Shown here: positions 52,627 through 61,981 of the stretch, piece after piece
Position numbering within the stretch: the first letter of the stretch is position 1
Layout: the number at the start of each line of letters is the position of its first letter
Origin: Cirrosporium novae-zelandiae
Lineage: Eukaryota
Reading direction: 5' to 3'
Assembly (NCBI GenBank): GCA_026023565.1
Contig: JAPETS010000075.1
Location: 1 to 61,981, forward strand
DNA length: 61,981 nucleotides
Notes under the pieces: generated by a model
Told to the model about the DNA's origin: nothing
Seen by the model: only the letters and a program-made list of their open reading frames with translations
Databases searched by the model: none
Position numbers and translations under genes: made by a program

Positions 52627-54386
52627 CTATTGTATTCCTTTTTCTATTCTCTTTTCCGTTCCGTCTATTTGACTACTTTCTTCCTTCTCCCTCTTTTCTT
52701 GTTCTTTGGCCTTCTTTTTTTCCTGTTCACCACTTCGTTCTGCCCTCCACTTAGGGCCCCATTTAACAAGTGCCATGAGAAGCGGTAAGAAAAGAATCCA
52801 AACCAATCCAACAAAAGTATAGGTCCAACCTCTTCCCATGGCATTTAGCATTGGATCTACTACCGCACTCGCTCCAGCACCAAGTAGACACCTTACCAGG
52901 TTAAATGCTGCCGATGCCGTCGCTGGGCTTTGACGGTGCGTGTCAATAAGCAAGATGTTTAATGTCGTCATTCCAGCAATCAGCGTATAGCCTGAAAGGA
53001 AGAGAAGGATGAGTGGTCCTGCCAGATTCGTCTCATAATCCATAACCCAGCCATATGCAATAATAATCAATGCCCCGATGAAGATGAGCGGTGCACCGAT
53101 TTCTATACGAGCTTTCTCGATTGGAAATTGGCTGAGATTGTGTTGTCTCTGGCCTTTGACCATGGAGATTCCAAGACGTTCAGCATGTCTCCGATAGTTC
53201 CAATCCAGCAATCTTCCATTGGTGAATGCCGCTATGGTACTTCCAGCGCTGAATGGAAGAAATGCCAATCCAATTTCAATGTTATTGAACCCATATGTTT
53301 CTTTCAGCTGGGATGGCATACCTGTGGTGACGCAGTAGTACCCTGCGTACATAACACCACCAAATAAAAGCAACGTCGCTGTATCCTTCTCACCAATCAA
53401 CACGAGGGTCTTGATTGGATTCGGAAACCGAATATGATTGTCTCGATCTAGAGCTTCACGTTGAGAATAATCAATCGCCTCTCCAGCTTCTTTTCGCTTC
53501 TTCTCGTCCCAATAATATATGAGAGAGTAGCTGTATTTTGGTGGAGGGATAGACCCATCACCCACGACCTTGCGGCATGTTTCGGGAAGGAAGGCCAAGA
53601 AGATCAGGAACAAGACGCCACCGAAGATAGCAAGAAACCAAAAGATAGATTTCCATCCGAGGTATTGACTGAGAAGACCACCAACAACAGGACTAAGAGA
53701 CGGTCCAAGAACAGATCCTATTGCTGTATACCCAATATATTTGCCTCGCTCGGCCGACGTAACAACATCAGCTATTACGCCTTGAGCTAGAGCAACCATA
53801 CCGCTGCTACCTGAGCTTTGCAAACAACGGAGTACCATTAGTGCGGGATAACTGGATTGCAAGGCTAGTGCAATGTTTGCCACGATATAAATAATGTAGC
53901 CGACCATATAAGCTGGCCTTCTCCCTGCATTGTCTGAGAAACCTCCAATGAATGTCGGAGCAATGGCTTGAAAGATCTAGATATCTATTAACTCACAAAA
54001 ATATGTCGAGGGGGCAGAGAAAATCTCACCATAAATGTTGTAATAGACAGATTGATCTTAGAATTGGTAACGTGCAGATCGTGAGCTAACGTGTTAAGTG
54101 CAGGATAATAGATATTGGAGGATAGTGGTGAGATGAAGCTCCCTAAGGATGCCATGAAGACAATAAACTTCTTCTCCCAGGGCCCAAACGCCGTGTGCCT
54201 TGGGGGTGTCGTTGATCTAGTGTCTGTCTTCTTGATCGTAGGATCAAGACCCGAAGAGGCTGCGGGTTGATGTTGCTGAATCTGATCTTGCACTGCATCA
54301 TGGGTGGTATTATCTAGTGAGAGACACTCGTTTGGTGCGGTGGTAGCTGGCTGTTGGGGTATCTGATTTTCCTCATCTGCAGCCAT
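52627..54386 (-). CDS. MFS drug:H+ antiporter (DHA1, Qdr-like), 2 exons
   Basis: SPLSSNIYYPAL, FSDNAGRRPAY (motif A), RCLQSSGSS, ERGKYIG, LPET; intron ~53978-54029. Confidence 0.93.
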
Positions 54387-55699
54387 GATAGCAAAAATCA
54401 ATTGAAAGACTTAAAGTAATGAAAGTGGTTAATGATCAAGGGCTTCGACGACAGCAGGAGCAAAAGTTGTGTTTTTATTCAATATACAACCTGCAGGTTG
54501 CGGACTTAACGGGATTAGGTGATGGACCATATTGGCGGACTTAGAACAAAGCCAAAAATCAACCCTGAAGCTGCATACCCGTAGATCTATCACGCTAAAT
54601 GGGAAATTGTGGATAGAAGAATTCATGGTAATGGGAAACGGATGATCCAAATAAAAGTTAGCAATCCCCTAAAAGCGAAGAAGCCAATAATGTGAAAAGG
54701 CTTTACTGTATATACACACAAAGTAGAAAGTATGTACTCGAGTATTACATCGTAAGGCTGAAGACGAGAAAAAAGGAGACCATCCATACCTGAAAGAGAC
54801 GCTAACCTATCATATTCATTATTTCGTGTGAAAAATATGCTATTTATACTACAGAATGCACGGAATATTCCGGAATATCAATATGTCCCTGCTGGAAACT
54901 CTATGTTTACCACCCATCTTCTCCAAACATTCAACATTATTCTCTAACGAAAGGAGTTATCTCATATTGATGGGGAAAGATACCAAATATGATTTGCAGT
55001 AGTGTCCTCTACATGTCCTCTACATGTCCTCTACCTAGTTAGAGTAATTATAGGCAAGCGACTATTTCCTATCTGAATTTCTCCAGCGAAGCTACATAAG
55101 CCCAAATGTACTCTTGATATCAGCTGAACAATTCACTATAATACATAACACAGTCTTTCAACTTGTTTTTATACCCTCGGGCAATATTTACATGACAGAC
55201 TATTCCTTTCGCTGCCTCATATGTGCTGCAATGCTTGACTTCGTTTATCCACGCGTATCTTGCAAATTGATACCTCCCCTCCCGACTAAACAACTACACA
55301 CCGGTCTATTTGAAGCTGGAAATTTAATGTTGACGTGTAGTTGACCTAAAAGTTTGTCTTCCGATAGAAAAACAGATTCTGATTAAAACCAAATGTGCCT
55401 AATGCACGATGGTCTTCAAGAAATAACGTTGTTGTTCGACCTAATTAATATTTATCGCTTTGGCATGAAATGTGGCCCGTGCTGTATGTGCGGAAAGGTT
55501 TGATCAATTTATTGTTATCATCAGACTTGAGGCAGGAATCGGATTTCGCATCTCGACTAGTGGTTTCGAGGAGTAGAGAAGCGGGTGAGACGGGAGCGAC
55601 TAAGCATGGAGGAAGCAGAAAGCCGGGTTCAGAGGAAAGATTACATTTCAAGGATATCCACTACCTCGCGAAACATCTCGAACAAGCAAAGCTTCAAAA

Positions 55700-56800
55700 A
55701 TAAGCTATGCCCGACGCTCTTGAAGCCATAAACGGATTTCCCAAATGAACAACAAGTGCTCTTCGAGAAGCGCACAGCTTTTTACATTCAACCAACGAAC
55801 CTGCTGCGGAAGTTTTTAGTCCTAAACTCTGCCTTGAAGAGTTGAGCCAAGATGTCTGCGATTGACTACTGACCAACAAAAAGGGTTGAGAGAGCTATGG
55901 ACGTTCAGCGGTCGGCCGACCGATGATGCATATCATTTTTCGATCTCCAGCGGTGGAGGAGGCTCGCCGTGAGCTTCTCCTAGGCGATTGCATACTCTTC
56001 GAAGACTACACCAATATACCGAGTAGTGAATGTGAAGAGGCCTAGGAGAGTCTGCGGAAGTCATAACTTGGTAGGAGGCAGCAAGTCGTATCCTCGATTT
56101 CGAAGCCTAGGAATGTAAATTAGATATTATTCGTGCTTGGACAAAAATATCATAAGATCGTGGGTGCCCCTATTAAGAATACCAACAACTGGATGCGGGC
56201 ACTGCGCATATGCTCCTGGTGGTCCAACACAACCTTTGGCCGGTTTCCTGTCTCCCCACATTAGCAACATATTCAACCGTTGCTCTTCAACCTGACAGAG
56301 TAGCACTTATTGTCTCCATAAGGGCCGCCGTCAACAACTACGGCAGTTGTCCTAGTGCCTTGGCTGTTGCGGCACATTGTCTACCTCCGAGTCGAGCCGT
56401 TCCAAGTTGCATTTTCTCAATAGAGCGTTGGCGAATAGGTCCTACAGTCGCACGAATGTTACCGATACTCTAGAGGCCAAATCAGAGTCTCGCCAGAATA
56501 GACAAGCAAACTGGAGTTATGCTGTCCATCCGTAAAGACATCGGAACAAACATATAGGCTAAGACGGGCCACGAGCTCTGCAAGCTTATCAATCAAGAAT
56601 CTGTTACTATCGGAGATATATTCTTCGTCACGTCCATTAGCCGCCTAGCAATCTTCGTGCATCATCAATGGGACCATCCTTACGCTTTTATCTGAAACCT
56701 CGCCTTCATCCTTATCGTCTTTATCTTCGCCTTTATATTCTTTGTCGTCCTCTATCAAACCTTACTTGAGAACGACCAGGTCGCTCCTCTAGACTGACTA
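55700..56800 (-). pseudogene. Heavily degraded coding relic, family uncertain
   Basis: Coding-like fragments across frames: acidic EDDKEYKGEDKDDKDEGE, LIDKLAELVAR, ARIQLLVF; many stops and frameshifts. Confidence 0.3.
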
Positions 56801-56996
56801 TTTTACGATGACCTGTTCGAGAATACTTGCGCATTAAATCGACAACACAATGCAAAATAAAATCAGTCACACTTTATTACATCGCTTACTCTTGCTTTGA
56901 ATAAAAAAGAAGAAATTGGCATTTTATTATCAGCAAAAACGTGCCTGACAAATAAAAACCATGAAACTTTTGGTGGATAACGATTTTGTTGCTACA

Positions 56997-58399
56997 TTAC
57001 GAGCCGGTTGGACCGCTTTTAGCCTCCGCTGCCTCTTTCTTCTGTATCCACGCCTTTATAGCTGCGTCTGTGACCAACGAACCTCCTCCGAAGGAATTGA
57101 ACTATAGCAGCTCAACTGAATTAGTTTATAAGCAAAGCAGACAAGTGTGTAAAGAGTATTTTGGCGCATACCGTGTTTAAGATGTTCAGTTTATTCGCGT
57201 CCTTGACAGTGCCTACTACATGCCCCGTGATAATTCCCCAACTCAAAACATTATCTCCCTGCTTAACATCGCCGAGACTGATGACCGTCTTACCTATTTT
57301 CTGGGAAATGTGTATTAACATGTCGTCTTGCACCATATAGACTAGTAACAAGAACTTCTTACTTTTGGATCCTCTGTAGTCTTATCAATGTTTGAAATCA
57401 TGAGCTTCAGTATATCGGTCACATCAATGAATCCGGTAGTCTGATCATCCGCGAATTTGCATATAGTGAGGTGGTTCGCATTAATGGCAACAGGCTTGCA
57501 TCCGGCAAGTGTTGCAGACTCCGCAGTTACGATTTTCCCTAAATCTATTTTCATCCCCCACTGCGTTTTCTTGGTTGACTTTGATTCGAAGAAGCATGCT
57601 ACTTGAATAGGATTCAACTCCTTAGAGGCATACCGCTGCTGCAATAGCATGTGGAATTCCAAGCTAATTTGTTGCAGTTTCTTAGAATCTTTGTCAAGAT
57701 CTTTGGTCGTCTGATTATTGTTATCGCCAAACAGGCGTAGGAATTTCTCTGCCATACTAGCCCATGCAGCTTTATTGGAGCCTTTAAACGGGGTTCCGAG
57801 AAAGATAGTACCACAAGTGTTGTTGACAACCTCTGGACCTTGCGCATCTGACCCATAATAGCTTGAGAGACCGTTGGCGCAAATTAGGCCTCCGAGGGAA
57901 TGAGCCACAAAAATAATCGGACGAGTCTCCTACCAGTGATTAAATTATTAGTAAGTATAATTTATAAGGTAGTCGGGCTCGGGAGCTGTACTGTATGAGT
58001 CTCTCGTCTGCGGTTTCCAAGTTTCAGAATCAAGGAGGTCGAATTCTTATCGATAGTTGTATGTGCAATCAATTCAGGAGTCACGATTGGGTAGAATGTT
58101 GCGAAGTCTGTGGGATATCCAAACGAAAAAATTCTGGACTCTGGCACGATGTTAGGAAGAAGGTCTTTTGGCCAGTAAATCCGTTCTCCATCGCCAGGAT
58201 CTACCCCCTCCCATGTTGTCTTTGGATGACCCCTAAGTCCATGAACGAAGACAATGCTAGGGATCGATTAAGATACGCAAATCTGAGCTGATTTGAGATG
58301 AACCTACTCCACTTTAGCCTCATCACCTGCATCCCAAAGTTTATTTAGGCCGTCTGGCACAATCTCGGGTGAAGGATCTGTAAGATTTTTAGATGCCAT
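56997..58399 (-). CDS. SesB-like (SERAC1/PGAP1-type) alpha/beta-hydrolase with C-terminal extension, 5 exons
   Basis: D/IVFVHGLRG, YWPKDLLP, RIFSFGY, RPIIFVAHSLGG, IFLGTPFKGS, CFFE, NHLTICKF. Frame is intact after splicing; ATG at 58399. The last acceptor is ambiguous (stop at 56997 or 57056). Confidence 0.85.
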
Positions 58400-58544
58400 A
58401 AAAATCTGGGGGATTTCTCATTAGGTAAAATTGGGAGGAGTAAAAGGCTGGGCGTGATAAAAATATAACTATGGTTACTGCAAAACACACTATAAAGTAA
58501 TGCAATACGTTAACAGGATATTTGATGCTATAATTTTCATTTAG

Positions 58545-60666
58545 GTTGCTATCAGAAATAGTAGACTATAGTCATGCCATTGATTTGGAGGAATTACAAC
58601 GTGAATATATTATTTCCTTATCAGCAAGGATTCTAAGTGACGAATCCAATGACGAGCTTCATGCAGCCACAAAAGGAATCGAGTCGCAATGTTTCCAATG
58701 GCATCTGATTATTCCCTAGGCTGTTCTCAGATAGTTACCGCTACAGCCCACCAAAAATATTAGTGCCTCTGGTAAGTTATAGGTTCATTGTAGTTTGCTC
58801 TAAATTTTTATCTTGAAGTTAATCTTGGCATAAATATAGAGGCGTTACTGGCGTTTGATGAAAAGATAGGTTCGTGTAACTATTCTTACTGTACAAAGAC
58901 TAACTATAAATAGCTTGCCTACGTTCCTTTAATCTTCCTAATATCGATGCTCGTCAGCAAGACATAGCGCCTTCTCATAAAGATACGTGTAACTGGCTAT
59001 TCAAAACTACCAAGTTCCAGCAGTGGCGGGATCGAAGTGACCTACCCTGCCAACCTACAATGGAGTGCTTTGGATCAAGGGCAAACTAGGAGCTGGGAGG
59101 TGGACGTTGATGAAACGTACTTTGGACCACTATCGGGAGATCTTCAAATGTTACGTTATTGCGGCATATTTCTTTATTACCCGGGGCGATAGTCTTGAGA
59201 AGACCCCTCTAGGAATGCTGCGCTGCTCGACTAGGATCCTATTATATACGAAAGTTTTATTTCAAGATTTCGCGATAAGCAGAAAAAGCATCAGACATGG
59301 GAGTGGCAGGAGAGAGAACTCGAAACATTCTACTCTCGGAAGCAAAGGCATACCAGTCTAAGCCTCTACTTCTTCTCATCGCCGCCTTGGATGAATGCTA
59401 TGAGCAGGAAGTGTAAAAGGTTGTAGGATTCCACGAATTGCTAAGCATCCCTGTTCTTGACCAAAATATCGCTATTGATATCTGTCTGTCTAGCCGTCAT
59501 TATCCATATACTAGTATGCAAAAGACTCTTGAACTGTTTGTGGAGGAGAGAGAAGAGCATAATGGAGACATTTTAAATACGTCCGGGACAAACTGATTAA
59601 AAGGGACCAGGGAAGCGAATATAGCATTCTTCAAAAGGCATCCGATATCTTTATGTGGGTTATACTTGTTGTCGCACTACTTAGCCGAGCATATGATAAC
59701 GGCAAAATTGAGGCCATGCACCAGACACTTCACGAGGCGCCACCTGGTCTCGAAGAGGTGTTTGGGGCACTTTTAGGCAAAGATAGCCTAGATAAGAATG
59801 AGACTATACTTATGCTCCAGTGGGTGTTGTTCAACAGACGATCGCTAAAGCCAGAAGAACTATATTTTGCTACGATAGCGGGAACAGATACACAGAAACT
59901 AGGAGCTTGGAAGCGATCAAAGATAACTAGTGATGATATTCGGCGACGCATTACCTGTTCCTCAAAAGGCCTTATCGAGATACGCAAGGGACAAGTAGAG
60001 ACCGTGCAATTCATCTACGAGTCTGTGAATGACTTCCTCATTCGAAATAGGAGGCTGGAGATGTTGGACCCTAAGCTCCAGTCGAATGTCATTGGCTATA
60101 GTCATGCCCATCTAAGGGCTTGCTGTATGTCGTACCTTATGATCAAAGAGCTGCCATTAGCAGAGAATAAGGGACATGCGAAGGAACTCGGCTTCAGCTA
60201 CCCGTTCTTATAGGATGCTGCAACATACGTTCTCGACCATACCGAAGAGGCGCAAGCAAGATGTATAGAACAGAAGGATTTTATTCAAGGACTACGACAG
60301 GTGCATGGAGAGTTTGAACGATTGAGACGCTTTTATAATGCCTTTGAAAAACATATTAATTTAGAGTGTGAAAAAGGCATAAAATTACTCGATATGCTGT
60401 CGCGTCACGGGTATTATAAACTTACCAAGACCATCCTGCTCGAGAATGAGGTCGATGTCAACGCCCAGGGTGGAACCTACAGCAACGCGCTACATGCAGC
60501 TTTAGTTAATGAAAATACCGAAATCGTAACGGTATTACTCGAGAACAACGCCAATATTAACGCTCAGGGCGGAATCTTCGGTAATGCGTTACAGGCGGCT
60601 TTCTGGGATAGCAGCAATGAAAACGTAGCAAGACTACTAGAGAAGGGGGCTAACATCGATAATTAA
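58545..60666 (+). pseudogene. Degenerate fungal NLR (NACHT + ankyrin repeats)
   Basis: TCNWLF..FQQW, degenerate Walker A LWIKGKLGAGRWTLMK, Walker B LLIAALDEC, ICLSSRHYP, IFMWVILVV, two NAQGG..NAL ankyrin repeats. Several frameshifts and in-frame stops (e.g. TAG at 60211). Confidence 0.88.
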
Positions 60667-60915
60667 TCTTCAAGGGCGTATCGTAGCTAACTGTCGGCGG
60701 AGTACCGTTTATAATTCGACTAAGGCCATCATTCTTATAATCACCACTTGCTTAGTCAAATACATTATCCTACATTGACTGAACTTGTGATTATATTTGC
60801 TACCACTTATTGCTCTTCACTACTCTACACTCTCCTTTGTGGATTTACGACCGCTTCTCTGCTTCTAGGATAATGATAAGCTACCGCAACCACGTGTTTG
60901 ACAATCGAACTATAT

Positions 60916-61700
60916 TCATTTTCTCAGGTCACGAATAACCTCGTCAGTCAGCTCATATTCCCCAGCCCAGCACTTCTTTATAACATCACCACCTAACACT
61001 TTACCTAGCGCAGAAACTGCCTCGTCTTGAACCACCTCACAATTTCTTGTTTGACCTTCCAAGGATCCAGCTGCAGAAAGGGCCAGATTACCTTTTATCA
61101 TGAAGTAGATAGTTAAACCCGAAGCGAATATATCAGTCTTCGGATTCGTGTTATTTGGATCCGATCGTGGGATCGATGACTTGACACCCTCAGCGGAATC
61201 GTCATTAAGGTAAATCGCACCATCAGGATACAGAGGTCTCCCTTGAAAATCGCAAAGTTTGATATTCAAATCCTTGCCGAGGAGTAGATTTCCGACACCA
61301 ATATATCATAATGAAGGACTCCTTTCGTGCAAAGATACGCAGCCGCCTCTACAACCTACAATGCCCCATTTCAATCTTTCCTACATCGGGAGTCACGGTT
61401 CTGCATTATGAAGATGATCAACTAGTGATGATCCATCGGGCATATATACTCAAGCCAGAGGACCCTCCCTATATTTCCCCTTAAACCCCACTATTTGACA
61501 ATATACTATCCCAAAAAAACACCAAAAAGGATTTATTCTTCAACGTCAAGACCGATTGATTCACTATTCTTACCTCATGATCCCGTAAATCTTTTCTTCT
61601 TTTTCAAAGTCAGGACCTAGCAGCTTCTCTGGGGGGGTATGTAGTAAACTAGTAGTTGAGAATATTTATTCGAGGAAGTTCATTCCTCGTCGACAAGACC
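60916..61700 (-). pseudogene. Protein kinase-like pseudogene
   Basis: Fragments IVGFKG, EYMPDG, NLLLGKDLNIKLCDFQG, TDIFASG, VIKKCWAGEY, interrupted by stops and frameshifts; no intact catalytic loop. Confidence 0.75.
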
Positions 61701-61981
61701 AATGCAACAACTCTTATGACTCCGCATGAATACCAAAACATGTGTATTCACGATACCGAGCCCCCGGAATTTTTATAGTTAGCTAGCCTTGGATTGAAGA
61801 AGTGTCTAGAATCGTTTGGCTTTCATCTATTGTTTTTGATAATTGTTTAATAATTGAGAACATCTAGGGGGATAGATCTAGGGGAAAGGGAATAGATCAG
61901 ACCATCAGAACCAACCCAACCCCCCCCCCCCCTCAATATAATATAATCTATTCCCTTCCCTTCCCTTCCCCTTCCCTAGTA

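Noticed and set aside
60211..60213. A-to-I editable TAG rescuing the NLR
   Set aside because: Upstream frameshifts, other stops and broken Walker motifs cannot be repaired by editing.
1..61981. tRNA, rRNA, snRNA or intact transposon genes
   Set aside because: None recognised by eye; tRNAscan-SE, Infernal and a repeat library would be needed to exclude them.

Overview
This is eukaryotic DNA from a filamentous ascomycete (Pezizomycotina-type), judged from GT-AG introns with CTAAC-like branch points and fungal orthologues. About 19 intact, mostly spliced genes sit between microsatellite- and homopolymer-rich spacers: THI6, an isochorismatase-family hydrolase, a retropepsin-like unknown, IAH1, a CLC transporter, DHFR, two orphan secreted proteins, MED22 (essentially absent from the ORF track), a repeat hydrophilin, CWC15, RRP45, DRS2, an unknown, DEF1, HOM6, a PAN/apple membrane protein, an MFS transporter and a SesB-like alpha/beta-hydrolase. 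The last ~7 kb looks like an accessory, immunity-type locus. It holds an intact SesB-like hydrolase with a separately exon-encoded, amyloid-motif-like C-terminal tail, head-to-head with a decayed NACHT-ankyrin NLR, flanked by a kinase pseudogene and another relic. Other oddities are a 4-copy hairpin-forming repeat behind a secreted-protein gene, three dispersed LINE/SINE-like 3' tails, an AUG-less presequence-like extension upstream of DHFR, and a recurrent C-to-G skew flip inside genes. Exon boundaries were read by eye and family calls rest on recognised motifs; no searches were run.
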